DNA of 64,000 nucleotides. It comes from Octopus vulgaris (taxonomy: Eukaryota). Location: positions 98,766,001 to 98,830,000 of the forward strand of contig OX597820.1 in NCBI GenBank assembly GCA_951406725.2. The letters run 5' to 3'. Position numbers and translations under genes: made by a program. Below are positions 52,066-64,000 of this stretch, piece after piece (position 1 is the first letter of the stretch; each line of letters starts with the position of its first letter). The notes beneath the pieces are model-generated. The model saw only the letters and a program-made list of their open reading frames with translations. It did no database searches and was not told where the DNA came from.

Positions 52066-52363
52066 TGGAGGCGCAATGGCCTAGTGGTTAGGGCAGCGGA
52101 CTCGCGGTCGCAGGATCGCGGTTTCGATTCCCAGACCGGGCGTTGTGAGTGTTTATTGAGCGAAAACACCTAAAAGCTTCACGAGGCTCCGGCAGGTGGT
52201 GGTGATCCCTGCTGTGCTGTACTCTTCATCACTCTTTCTTCTGTTGGCCTGCTCGCTTAGCCAGCGGGGTGGCGTCATTCAAAGGCTAAAACAATGCGAA
52301 AGCATTGTGACCAGCGATGTGTAACAACATCTGATGGTCTGGTCGGTCACGTGATCACGTGAT
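52066..52363 (+). mobile_element. SINE family C with tail Y
   Basis: ggaggcgcaatggcctagtggttaggg..ggtttcgattccc head; tail ..gcttagccagcggggtggcgtc..gtcacgtgat. Confidence 0.9.
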
Positions 52364-52676
52364 ATTATCTATACCATTCTGCTTTTTCCTGTTGTCTGGC
52401 TGTTTTGTCCGTGTATTACGTCAAAGAGGGTAAACAACTCGAATAGAGAAAGATATCTAGAGTGAGTGAGGAGGGGGAGACAAGGGGAGCAGAGGTGAGA
52501 CTGAGAGAGAGAGAGAGGGAAATAGTGGAATCAGTGACAAAAAATATGAAGGGAATACACGAAAGAGAGTAAGCGGCAGAAGGTCTATATCTGTGTGTTC
52601 AAATCGCAGGCACGGTTGAAATGTATAACATAATGAGACCATGTCCTGATCTATATAAATTTATGCATTAAAAGTG

Positions 52677-52993
52677 AGGGCGCGTGGCTTAGTGGTTAGG
52701 GCATTCGGCTCATGATCGTAAGGTTGTGAGTTCGATTCCCGGCGACGCGTTGTGTCCTTGAGCAAGACACTTTATTTCACGTTGCATAGTCCACTCAGCT
52801 GGCAAAAATGAGTTGTACTTGTATTTCAAAGGGTCAGCCTTGTCACTCTCTGTGTCACGCTGATTATCCCCGAGAACTACGTTATGGGTACACGTGTCTG
52901 TGGAATGCTCAGCCATTTGCACGTTAATTTCACGAGCAAGCTGTTCCGTTGATCGTATCAGCTGGGACCCTCGTCGTCGTAACCGGCGGAGTC
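52677..52993 (+). mobile_element. SINE family D with RTE-type tail X
   Basis: gggcgcgtggcttagtggttaggg..gagttcgattccc..tgtgtccttgagcaagacact; tail cacgttaatttcacgagca.gctgttccgttgatc. Confidence 0.9.
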
Positions 52994-53369
52994 TTTAAGG
53001 TATGCATTAAAAGATACATCGATGGCTCGGAAATTAAGGTGAAATACCTTTAGATAGCAAATGGTTGAGTGTTACACTTTTATCTTTTACATGTTCCAGA
53101 CCAAAGGTCGAGGCCATGCTGGAGCACCACCATTATTCATTTTTGTTTTTCAATTAGGTTTAAATGCTTATCGGTACTATGAGAGTAGATAGATGCATAC
53201 ATCGGCAGAAGGGAAAGTAGATTTGATACTTAATTAGACAGACAGACAGATAGACAAAACTGACAGACAAACAGCCAAACAGACCGACATACAAACAGAC
53301 AGACAGACAGGTAGGTAGGTAGGTAGGTAGGTAGGTTAGGCTGCAGATATATCAATAGGTATGCAGAGA

Positions 53370-53601
53370 AAGGCGGCGAGCTGACAGAAACGTTAAAACG
53401 CCGGGCGAAATGCTTAGCGGTATTTCGTCTGCCGCTACGTTCTGAGTTCAAATTCCGCCGAGGTTGACTTTGCCTTTCATCCTTTCGGGGTCGATTAAAT
53501 AAGTACCAGTTACGCACTGGGGTCAATATAATCGACTTAATCCGTTTGTCTGTCCTTGTTTGTTCTCTCTGTGTTTAGCCCCTTGTGGGTAGTAAAGAAA
53601 T
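53370..53601 (+). mobile_element. SINE family A, full length with TSD
   Basis: TSD aataggtatgcagaga. Confidence 0.92.
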
Positions 53602-53996
53602 AGGTATGCAGAGACAGAGAGACAGAGAGACAGAGAGACAGAGACAGACAGACAGACAAATTAACAGATATACAAATCGATAACTAAACTGAAATGAAAT
53701 TTTACATTTAAAAGTACAGTTTTGATCAAGTGGCAGGATTTCAAAAGTACTATCTGAAATAACTTGTTTGTGTTTTATATAATAACAATGTTTTCAAATA
53801 TGTTGACTTACACTGTGGAATTTCTACGAGTTTCTAGTACAACATTATACTATACTGCGAACCAGCAGGATTCCTCTCTGTGACAACTCACTCTGCTAGA
53901 AAGTGCAGCCAAATTTTCCCAAGAAATTTGGAGAATACGTTGCGTAACATAGTCTGACATATACTGGAACGATGATAGCCGGAGTGTATTCCGTCA

Positions 53997-54387
53997 TCTC
54001 TGTATATATAAAGCTGAAGTTGTCTGTGTATGGCAGGTTTGGTAGCCTTCAACTAACACTATCTCCTCAGAGAACCTGCGGTGCAAGTTGACCAAAATTG
54101 AGAGTATGATAGAAGGTTTGCTCTTCATTCCGTAGAAGAAAAAATTCAAATCGGACCATGTTAACACCAAAAATTATTTACATCAAAAAGGTGGGGTTTT
54201 TTTCTATGAAAATCCCTATTTTTTACGATTTTTTGACTGCTGTGTCGCCATTTTTCGGTGTATTTCAACTAGAAAAATGTTCACTTAAAGAGAATAACAA
54301 GCTACATAATGCAAATTTTTTACTTTTCAAAAATTCCAATTCTAAAGGGTCGAAACAAACCCGAGCAACGCCGGGCGATACTGCTAG
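53997..54387 (+). mobile_element. Non-autonomous Helitron
   Basis: A|TCTCTGTATATATAAAG 5' end; 3' hairpin cccgagcaacgccggg followed by CTAG|T. Confidence 0.85.
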
Positions 54388-54877
54388 TTCAGTGTTAAAG
54401 TGAAGCTAAACAGCAGCAACTCAACACTACATTTTAGTACTAAGTTACGTTATTACACTATGTAGAGGTAAATCAGTGGAGAGGATATTATATTTACATT
54501 GTTTTATTTGAAATGCAATTTAAAAACAATGGACGCCGATCAGAGACTTGCAAACGTGCGAGAGTAGCGAAGGAGTGTTCGTAACTCGATAAGAAAAAAT
54601 TTCTCAAAAGAAATTTGTAAACCAACGTTTTCCTCACCGATATGAGTCAACATTCAGCAGCGAATAAGAAAATATGTTCTGTTCCATTTTTCACACTCGC
54701 CAGACGACCGTAAATGAAAAAGCCCGAAGAAAGATATTATAGCCATAATCAGTTTTGCTTTCTCCTTGTGTGTTCTCTGTCTCACTTAAAAATATACAAA
54801 TGTATTCTGATCAATCATAAATTAATTTATTAATTCTTATATATTTGTTAAAAAGGTAAATATATATTCAAAGTGGA

Positions 54878-55250
54878 GGTGTAAGTAGCTTGCTTACCAA
54901 CCACATGGTTCAGTCCCACTGCGTGGCACGTTGGGCAAGTGTCTTCTACTATAGCCTCGGGCCGACCAAAGCCTTGTGAGTGGATTTGGTAGACGGAAAC
55001 TGAAAGAAGCCCGTCGTATATATGTATATATATATGTATGTGTGTGTGTGTTTGTGTGTCTGTGTTTGTCCCCCTAGCATTGCTTGACAACCGATGCTGG
55101 TGCGTTTATGTCCCCGTCACTTAGCGGCTCGGCAAAAGAGACCGATAGAATAAGTACTGGGCTTACAAAGAATAAGTCCCGGGGTCGAGTTGCTCGATTA
55201 AAGGTGTGCTCCAGCATGGCCACAGTCAAAATGACTGAAACAAGTAATAA
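54878..55250 (+). mobile_element. SINE family B
   Basis: High identity to 10350-10768. Confidence 0.9.
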
Positions 55251-56532
55251 AAAAAATATTCAAAAGATTTTACAGCACATCAGCTATTTTATTACACAGG
55301 TGAGCTTTTATATGTAACAGATAAAATAATTTAATCATGTATATAGTATCATATATTCTATTATTATTGCTCTATTAATGAACACCTCTTGTATTCATTT
55401 ATGTCTAATGCTGTTTCGACTAGGCTTTCTTCTTTTTTTTCCTGTCTTAGTGAGGAAAGAACTGTGTCATGGACCCTTTTTTTTTGCTTCAATGACTACA
55501 GGAATAAGTTGTCCTAAGACCGGAAACCAAACCTGAATATTTGCAACAGAGTGTACTTTACTGAAGGCACGCACCCAAGAACCAGGTGGTGGGAGAGGGA
55601 TGAAGTCTACTACTCAACAACAGGCTCTTTCCCTTTGACGGGATTCCGCACTGCCTGCGTCTACTAAGCTTCACATTCACCGCTTTGATTGACCGAGAAA
55701 GAAAACAATTACTTATTCAAGATACCACCCAGTAGGATAGAACCCGAAAACACGTTGTTAGGAAATGAACTTATTAACTACAGTCATGCAAGTCCCTATC
55801 TTTACGTATCATCGTTCTGTGCCTGTTTCGTGCTGCCATTCTGAATATGAACATGTTATTGGGTTAGCTTTGAAATTGCAGACTAAGGGGACTTCAGCAA
55901 TCTTGTTCGTTACACTACAGTTTCGGAGAATAGTAAACAAGAAAGTTTAAAACTTAAGAAACTTCATATTTGACAGTCAAAGATTCCTGGTGGCATACCA
56001 GTCAATTACAAGACTTCCATAATGCAAATGAGGACGTCCCTACGTGGTCATTCCACTTGCTAGAAATAGCAGCTAAATTTTCGTCAGAAACAGCAGCTAA
56101 ATTATCGTCATTTTGGATGGCTTCGTTGTTAAGGTGTTGGGCTCACAATCACAAGCTCTTGGGATCGATTGCTCTTTTGTATCTTTGAACAAGGCATTTC
56201 ATTTGACGTTCTTACAGCCTACTAAGCTGTAAAGGTGTACCACCCAAGTGTTGATGTAACCCTTTTTTCTTCCCTCCGGCTACCACAACCTCGATGTTCC
56301 GCTGGGTAAAAGGTGAGACGGGGAAAATGCTGTATATGTGTCTTCGAGGCTACAGCGACACCTGAAACAGCTAATGATATCATGGCATAGAATACAAAGT
56401 CATAATCACTTGTTTTCTTTATTCACTCCTAAATATACAAAACATTTGATGGTCACAACAATATGTCTTTCTGGATAGATCTACTTTCATCAGGGTTTAC
56501 CTGGGACTCCATCAATATGACAAAGAATAATA

Positions 56533-56765
56533 ACTATTTCTTTACTACCCACAAGGGGCTAAACACAGAGGGGACAAACAAGGACAGACAAACGGATTAA
56601 GTTGATTACATCGACCACAGTGCGTAACTGGTACTTATTTAATCGACCCCGAAAGATGAAGGGCAAAGTCGACCTCGGCGGAATTTGAACTCACAACGTA
56701 ACGGCAGACGAAATACGGCTACGCATTTTGCCCGGCGTGCTAACGTTTCTGCCAGCTCGCCGCCA
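56533..56765 (-). mobile_element. SINE family A, full length with 20-bp TSD
   Basis: TSD atatgacaaagaataataac. Confidence 0.92.
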
Positions 56766-57649
56766 TATGACAAAGAATAATAACATGTATCAAAAAGAAT
56801 TGAAACCCCAAGTTCATACAATGTAGGATTGAAATGCAGCCAAATGCATAAAGTTTTTGACTAGCTATGCAAATGATTCGAATTAACATAAGTTTGCCAG
56901 TACTCTGTTTTGCTTGTTGGAAGAATACGTTATCCCACAATACTTCAGCTATCTAGAAATGTTATCAGATCACTTGCAAACACTACCAGCGGTAGATACG
57001 CTTTACAATCGGGGAGGTTTATACCGCTCATCTTAATTATGGTATGAAGTCCAGGCTAAATACTGGTTCTTGGGTGATTTGCGGGATTCAGAAGAAAAAG
57101 AAAACACGGGAAACGGAAATAATGTGACTAGTTTGATAAAATTATTCATAAGTCTGCCAAATGTGCAGATGCATAATTACAGTAAAAGATAATATTATAT
57201 TCCACAACCATATAAAACCAAGGTCTCTGTATTTAGGACTCCTTCAGTCAAGGATGACACATGAGTTTCTGTATCTGCAAAGTTTCTCTCCAAAGTGCAG
57301 GCCTAAGCAAAATTTTCTATTGTCTAATATCAGAAGCTGCTCATACATACAAGTTTTCGCTCTCCATTCCACTGACGATGTCCAAAGGAAATGCAAGCCC
57401 CGACACAGCATGGCGCCAGTATTTTCGCTGGCATTGCTGTCAGAATACAGTGTACCGCAATAGATATCACAAATCATCTTGTACGACACTTTAACAGTTC
57501 CATCAATCTACCTCCCAAGCGGGACGTAGCGATTCTGAACCAATGCCCCGGGTCTTTCTATACCACGTTTTAACGACTCTATTAATTTGTCACCTTGATA
57601 TCTTTGGGCCATCCTTAGAAAGACAATTGTCCGTACTGAGAGAATATTG

Positions 57650-58070
57650 TGGATAATAAACGTGACATTACTGTTGTATTTTGTGTGGGTCATACTGCCT
57701 ATAAAAACACGCACGCTGATTATTGTTTCACTTCAGTTTTATTACTAATCAATTAGTTAATCAATTTCTATTGGTTAATCAATTAGTATGTCAAAGACCG
57801 TTTGTCACTGTATGTAACCTTATCAATGACAAAGTATCTCTGTGAGATGAACAGTAAACATGTAATAAATGCTGAGGATAAAGAGATTCTTGATGTGCAA
57901 ATAATCTTTGATAAAGTCACAGACTGTGACGAAAGGCCTTTGCTAGACTAATCCATTAACCAGTATATCAATTGTTTAATTATCTAATTGATTGGTAATA
58001 ATACAGAAGTACAGAAGTGAGACATAAGCCCTCCCAAAATACAATATCAGTTCAGTACACGATTTCACAC
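57650..58070. mobile_element. Diverged fold-back element/MITE
   Basis: tcacttc..attactaatcaattag..ggttaat..ttgtcac..ttatcaa is mirrored by its reverse complement at 57905-58025; outer ttgtattttg/caaaatacaa also pair. Confidence 0.7.
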
Positions 58071-58109
58071 CAAGAATCTTGTAGAACAAATACATATTCC
58101 AACAAAGAA

Positions 58110-58510
58110 TACATGGCCATCGACGATAAGGCAATGTAATCAAATTCTACTGTTCTAGATGTTTCTGTAGTATCAGACAGAAATTTCACAAAAAAAAAGT
58201 CAGACAAAAACTAGAAACAGAAATTGCAATCTAAAACATATAATTCTAAATATCGAGAATGTATGAATGGAAGCCCAAATAATAATAAAACAAAAATACA
58301 AATTATAATGGGAGTCCTTGGAATAGTGAATCACGTAGGTATGATAGACTCCCATGGGTGCTTCAGATTCAACAGTCTACTAAATTATGTCTTGCTAAAT
58401 CATACGTAAACTAGGAACATAGCCAATCCCACGGTTACTCTCTCTCATTTGACACTTGAGAAACAAGTTACGGCGGGTTTTGGTGAGAACCAAGTAACTT
58501 GAAACAATGA
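58110..58510 (+). mobile_element. R4/Dong-like RLE C-terminal relic
   Basis: LLFLDVSVVSDRNFTKK..IIMGVLGIV resemble RLE motifs (IDV.VP.D, PIV.GALG); ends before (AAC/AGC) repeats. Confidence 0.45.
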
Positions 58511-58579
58511 TAGATCATTGATAAAACTGAGAGAAAACAACTTGGATAACAGCAGCAGTAACTACAACACTAACAATAG

Positions 58580-59810
58580 CAATCCCTTCTACTATAGGCA
58601 CAAGGCCTGGAATTTTGACTGGAGGTGGGGCTAGTCGATTACATCTGTACTCAACTGGTACTTATTTCGTCGGCCCCGGAAGAATGAAAGGCAAATCGAC
58701 CTCGGTGGAATTTGACGGACGAAATACCGTAAAGACGTAAAGACGGACGAAATGCCATTAAGCATTTTGTCCGGTATGCTAACGATTCTGCCAGTCCGTC
58801 GCCTTTATTCTGTCTAATTTTAGCACAAGATCCGAAATTTGAGAGATGGGAGCCAGTCGATTACTTCGAATCTAGCGCTCAACTGATATTTATTTTATCG
58901 ACCCCGAAAGGAGGAAAGAGAAAGACAAAGTCAACCTTGACTGCATTTGAACTCAGAACGTAAAACCGGAAGAAATGCCGCTAAGCGTATTTTCTCGGGG
59001 TACTAATAATACTTTCTAATATAGGCACAAGGCCTGAAATTTGTAGGAAGTGGACTAGTTGAGTACATCAACCCCAGTGTTTCTCTGAAACTTAATTTAT
59101 CGACCCTGAAAGGATGAAAGGCAAAGTCGACCTCGGCGGAATTTGAACTCTGAACGTAGCGACGGGCGAAATGCCGCTAAGAATTTCGTCCAGCGTGCTA
59201 ACGATTCTGCCAGCTCGCTGCCTTTTCGGCGTGCTAATAATGATGATAATAATCCTTTTTTTCTATAGGTACAAGCCCGGAAATTTGGGGGTGAGAGGGG
59301 CTAACCGATTCTATCGACCCCGCTCAAAATGTTGTGTGGGATGATAACAGTTCTGCCAACTCGCCGGTTTTGCAACAAAATTTAAAATGATTTCAAACAT
59401 AAGAACAATGCCTCATATTTTGGAAATGGGTTATTATCGGTTGTATGCCCCTGAGGTACTTGATGGGTACTTATACGGTCAACCACAGTAGGATGAGAGC
59501 CAAAATCGATAGCGTCGGAGCTAGAACAGACGACAAAGAGAAACATAGCTAAATACTGCACATTACCGTTTTTAATCAATCCACACACACCCACCCTTAA
59601 AAATATTGGTTTCAAATTCCTGCACAAGGCCAGAAACATTGGGAGAGAGGGTAAGTCGATCACATCGACCCCAGTGCTCAACTGGTACTTATTTTATCGA
59701 TTCCGAAGGATGAATGGCAAAGTCGATTTTAGTGTCATCTGAACTTTCAGCACGTAAAGACAGACGAAATGCAGCTAAGTAAGAATTCTACCAGCTTGCC
59801 GCCTTTTCCC
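58580..59810 (-). mobile_element. Head-to-tail cluster of ~5 short-tail SINE family A copies
   Basis: Repeated ggcacaaggcc..gtcgatt..ttatcgaccc..gaaaggcaaagtc..ctgccagctcg. Confidence 0.85.
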
Positions 59811-59928
59811 AGCCTCTAAAAGTATTAGTAATTATTTCTAATTCAGGCACAAAAGAAGGAACTTGTGGATGAGGGAGCAATTATGTTGATGCATGTATTT
59901 GATTAAAACTATATTTTATCGATAATAT

Positions 59929-59973
<45 letters not shown>

Positions 59974-60269
59974 TGTGTGTGTGTGTATACGTTAATATAT
60001 TTATTTTCATATCCTCACATAAAACTGCACACATATTTACGCACTTCCATATAGCTAGAAGAACAGCAGCTTATAAGCATTCAGGATGAGCGTACTCGCC
60101 AAGACATGTTGACATAGTGACACAGATAAAACTTATATTATGGCGCAGACGTTCCATTGAAATGCAGTTTAGTTTTATCAGATCATATCACAACTATACA
60201 AATGGCTTGCACAGACATTGCACACGTGTATATAAGTATGTATACATGTGTATATATATATATATATAT

Positions 60270-60525
60270 ATACAATAAGAGGCTTCCAAATAGGAAAGTG
60301 TTGTGCTAGAAAGAGCAGTAGAAATCTCAAAACAAACAACATTTTTAATTTTCATTCCTTTCGAGAATTTATCCTTTTTCTTGTTGTTTTTGAGATTTCT
60401 ACTGCTCTTTCTAGCACAACGCTTTCCTATTTGGAAGCCTCTTATTGTATTTCTATGTGAATAATATATAGTCTAACGACTACTTCGTTTTTTGTGCTAG
60501 GCCACTAGTAATTATAATTTATTAT
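60270..60525. repeat. (TA)n-flanked fold-back element related to 44757-45230
   Basis: Arms aagaggcttccaaataggaaag..ctcaaaac and gtttttgagatttc..ttggaagcctctt; shared downstream gtctaa.gacta.ttcgt.ttttgtgctagg.cact.gtaat. Confidence 0.8.
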
Positions 60526-60558
60526 TGCCCTATGTATTATATATATATATATGCACAT

Positions 60559-60591
<33 letters not shown>

Positions 60592-60601
60592 CACATACAC
60601 A

Positions 60602-60975
60602 CAGGGTGCGGTGAATAAATTGTCGTTTAAATTACTAAATTATGCAGAAATGAAAATAACACTAACATCTCGTTTTAACAGATATATTCACCAAAATTAC
60701 ATAAAAATATCTTGAAATACTAAAGAGTAAATATATTCAATGAAATTGCCATTGGCTTCAACCACGGCCTCCAGACGACTTCGGGATCTCCTGCAACTCT
60801 TCTGGGCGGTCTTCTTGTTTAAGTTGGTGAAAACTGCCATAATCTTGCTTTCAGTTCATCTTTGGTTTAACAAGGAGTTTTGTTGGTCTCTCGCTCAACT
60901 GCGCCCCTCACACCTAATAATCAATGGAGTTGCAGTCTGGGGAGTTAGGTAGCTAGATGTTAGGAGTGATGTTAT
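60602..60975 (-). mobile_element. maT/DD37D-like element, 3' part with one TIR
   Basis: Homologous to 45397-45770. Confidence 0.85.
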
Positions 60976-61374
60976 TCAGGTCAACATCCGAGCGTTAGGT
61001 ACTTTTTAAAATTACTCTCTTGTCAGCCAGGCATAATCTGCACTTCCTACTGCTATTGAAGTACGGTTTGCATCTTTCTAGGACCTTCCACTTTGTAGTG
61101 TACTCCGCGGCGCTTTCTCTCAAAGTCCAGACGTGCTTGATTAGAGTTCTGACGTTATGTCTCTATGGGCTGTTGAAGGACTTGTGGTTATCAAAGCAGG
61201 TTCTGAAGGGTCCTTCCGTTGCTCCCACATACTTCTCTACGCTCGGTTGTTGTTATTTCTGCTTTGTAAACAACTGTCTCCGTATTGCAAGTTGTATTAT
61301 CTTTGGATGAGCATCATGCCTCGCCTCAGGTGTGGGCCTGCCTAGTAAAATTTTATATACCTACTAAATTCTTG

Positions 61375-61730
61375 TAGCTTGCTTCCCTACCACATGGTTC
61401 CGGGTTCAGTCCCACTGCGTGGTACTTTGGCCAAGTGTCTTCTGCTATAGCCTCGGGCCGACCAAAGCCTTTTTAGTGGATTCGGTAGACGGAAACTGAA
61501 AGAAGCCCGTCGTATGTGTGTGTGTGTTTGTCTGTGTTTGTCCCTCCAACATCGCTTGACAACCGATGCTGGTATGTTTACGTCCCCGTAACTTAGCAGT
61601 TCGGCTATAGATACCGATAGAATAATTATTGGGCTTACAAAGAATAAGTCCTAGGGTCGATTTGCTCGACTAAATGTTGTGCCCCAGCATGGTTGCAGTC
61701 ATATGACTGAAACAACTAAAATAATAAAAG
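61375..61730 (+). mobile_element. SINE family B
   Basis: gtagcttgc..gggttcagtcccactgcgtgg..gactgaaacaa. Confidence 0.88.
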
Positions 61731-61736
61731 AACACG

Positions 61737-61791
<55 letters not shown>

Positions 61792-62052
61792 GTAATAGTT
61801 AATAGCTGTCTGCTGGTCAAAAATAATGTTCCCTATAAATCTTAAATTCCTGCAACACTGACCTAGCTTTTCTGTCACCATAGAAATAAACTAAACTTTG
61901 TAGGTTGTGTACTTACACCCCCTTCCTCCCATAATGTCCTTATTTGGGTGGTTTCTGCTTCACTGTCTTCTTTTGCGACTTCTTTTAGCCAATATAGCCA
62001 ATCTCTTCTTCCAACAACGTAGTTTGTGAAATGAATAGATGTGTGATCAACA

Positions 62053-62187
62053 TCTTTTCCTCATATATCAGGAAATTACATCTGCATTATTATGGATACA
62101 TTCATCTTCTCTGTGAATAAAATCTCTCCTCATATCTCCGGAAATTACATCTGCATTATTATGGATGGATTTACCTTTTCTGTGAAG
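62053..62187. repeat. ~70 bp tandem duplication
   Basis: cctcatat..ggaaattacatctgcattattatggat..ctgtgaa occurs twice. Confidence 0.85.
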
Positions 62188-62340
62188 CTAACAATCTTTT
62201 TAAAAACCTTTTATAAAACTGTGCATCATTAGAAAACATTTTAAGTCTGCTTACAATCTAACTTTGCTTTTCATAGAACTCTCTTCGATACTTCATGAGT
62301 GTAGCCTCACCCACTAGGATGTTTGGAAAACTCATATGTG

Positions 62341-62431
62341 TTTTGGCTGATGAATACGGGACACTTGTATTTGCTGCAATATTAGCAGCTTTAAATAAAA
62401 CTGTTCTTCGTATGAAACAATTGTTCTGAAC
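62341..62431 (+). ncRNA. Type I hammerhead ribozyme with long stem II (same family as 7884-7976)
   Basis: ttttgg-CTGATGA-atacg[long hairpin]cgtat-GAAAC-aatt-GTT-ctgaa, followed by the family tail and (TA)n. Confidence 0.72.
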
Positions 62432-62593
62432 AACTAATCCATTCTTGTTGCTTTTTTCTTGTTTATAATCACCCCACATTATTTTATGGTTAATGCCATA
62501 AAGATTTCTGGTGCATCTATGTTAAGTACCACATTTATGTGAATTCATTGGAATTCACTTGAATCTTAATTGTTTTACTGAAATTATATATAC

Positions 62594-62662
<69 letters not shown>

Positions 62663-62917
62663 TATGTGCGTGTGTATGTATGTATACACAATCATACATA
62701 TATACAAGCATGTGTACTGGGAAACGCTGAATATCTGTGCAAATCATCTATATATATATATATATATATACCTTTAGAACATATACAAACACACATGCAT
62801 ACGTGCATACATATATACCCTGTCGTTGATGTTGAAATTCCAATGAAGGAGCCTTGTATCTAGGTTACAAACCGATTCTTTCTCTATTGGCAAGAAATCT
62901 TGAAATAAACTTAATAA

Positions 62918-63248
62918 TGACATACATACATGCATACATGCATACATACATACATACATACATACATACATACATGCATACATACAAACATACATGCATA
63001 CATACATGCATACATATATGCATACATATATGCATACATACATGCATACATATATGCATACATTCATACATACATACATACATGCATACATACATACATA
63101 CATGCATACATGCATACATACATGCATACATATATGCATACATTCATACATACATACATACATACATACATACATACATGCATACATACATGCATACATA
63201 CATACATGCATACATACATACATGCATGCATACATACATACATACATT
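62918..63248. repeat. (CATA)n/(CATG) tetranucleotide array
   Basis: Directly visible. Confidence 0.95.
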
Positions 63249-63504
63249 TCTGTACAGCAGTAGGCAAACATCAGCTGTCCAAAAATCTTAACATAAATTT
63301 AAAGATAAAAGGAAAAGCCCTTACGTTTCAGAAAGAAATGATAAATGATAATACAATCGGATTTTGAACTTAAATTTATACCTGTAATTACTAGAACACT
63401 TGTTATATAATTAACTACTCCACCAACAATATTGAGAAACCAGAACGAATACGATGAAAAGCGCATGGCAGTTTTCGTCCGTGTGCTTTTTCCTCATTTT
63501 TCAT

Positions 63505-63920
63505 CTGTTTGAAGAAAGGCTGAAGACGCTCGACCTTTATTCTCTAGAAAAACCACGACGCCGTGGTGATCTCATTCTTGCTCACAAAATCATTAACGGA
63601 AAGTGTAACCTCTCGAAAGAGCTGTTCTTCACTCCTGCTCCAGAGCGTCGGCTGCGGGGTCACTCCGAAAAGCTCTATCTGCGACGATTTCATCTCAATC
63701 GAAGGAGAGGGGCTTTCTCCATCCGGGTTGTGGACCCGTGGAATAAGCTGCCGGACGAGATAGTGAAGATGCCGACGACCGCTCGGTTCAAAGTCTCTCT
63801 TGACCAGAAATTGCCTGAACTCTTTGCATGAACACCCTCCCTGTACATAACTCCATGTGCCCCTACATGGCCTTGCTTTTTGGTTTTTGAGGTAAAAAAT
63901 TAACTTAACTTAACTTAACT
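63505..63920 (+). mobile_element. CR1-clade LINE 3' fragment with (TAACT)n tail
   Basis: EERLKTLDLYSLE..RRGDLI..HKII..RLRGH..FSIRVVDPWNKLP; 3' UTR ends in a pentamer repeat. Confidence 0.9.
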
Positions 63921-64000
63921 ATTGGGTAGGCTGTTGCATTCATGACAATAATTTCAAAAGTTTGATCCCGGTCAGTATGCAATGTTCTTCAGCACTTCAC

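Noticed and set aside
57244-57573. Short overlapping ORFs, including VSYKMICDIYCGTLY faintly like GIY-YIG
   Set aside because: No YIG motif or downstream catalytic residues; too weak to call.
61000-61335. Possible Tc1 5' region ending in an MPRL start (and a possible Tc1 3' relic at 44440-44700)
   Set aside because: No TIR pair or catalytic motif could be verified by eye.
62835-62895. ccaatgaaggagcc..ggttacaaaccgattc hairpin-rich repeat
   Set aside because: Core does not fit the hammerhead consensus; family unassigned.
62774-63367. MYVC/HTYI-repeat ORFs (also at 699-1110, 30190-30606, 46303-46822)
   Set aside because: Translations of (CATA)n/(TA)n microsatellites.

Overview
AT-rich, microsatellite-dense eukaryotic DNA. 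The tRNA-derived SINE families and overall repeat spectrum suggest an octopus (cephalopod) genome; this is an inference. No intact host protein-coding gene is recognisable, and nearly all long ORFs in the track are simple-repeat artefacts. The window is a layered collection of decayed transposons: several dozen copies of four SINE families (labelled A-D here), decayed LINEs (RTE, R4/Dong-like, Tx1/L1-like, CR1), mariner and maT/DD37D-like relics, two non-autonomous Helitrons and several MITEs/fold-backs. The main unexplained signal is a set of type I hammerhead ribozyme motifs. Three have an intact core (7884-7976, 11083-11136, 62341-62431), three are degenerate (6681-6771, 7644-7707, 24213-24256), and half-motifs sit inside long palindromes. 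Most lie in short non-coding, (TA)n-flanked, often inverted elements resembling non-autonomous Penelope-like/retrozyme-like retroelements. Also seen: a possible HDV-like fold at the 5' end of an RTE-derived element, direct SINE-LINE tail sharing (RTE and Tx1-like), SINE head/tail shuffling, and a few candidate minus-strand exons of an unidentified, possibly non-coding transcript.
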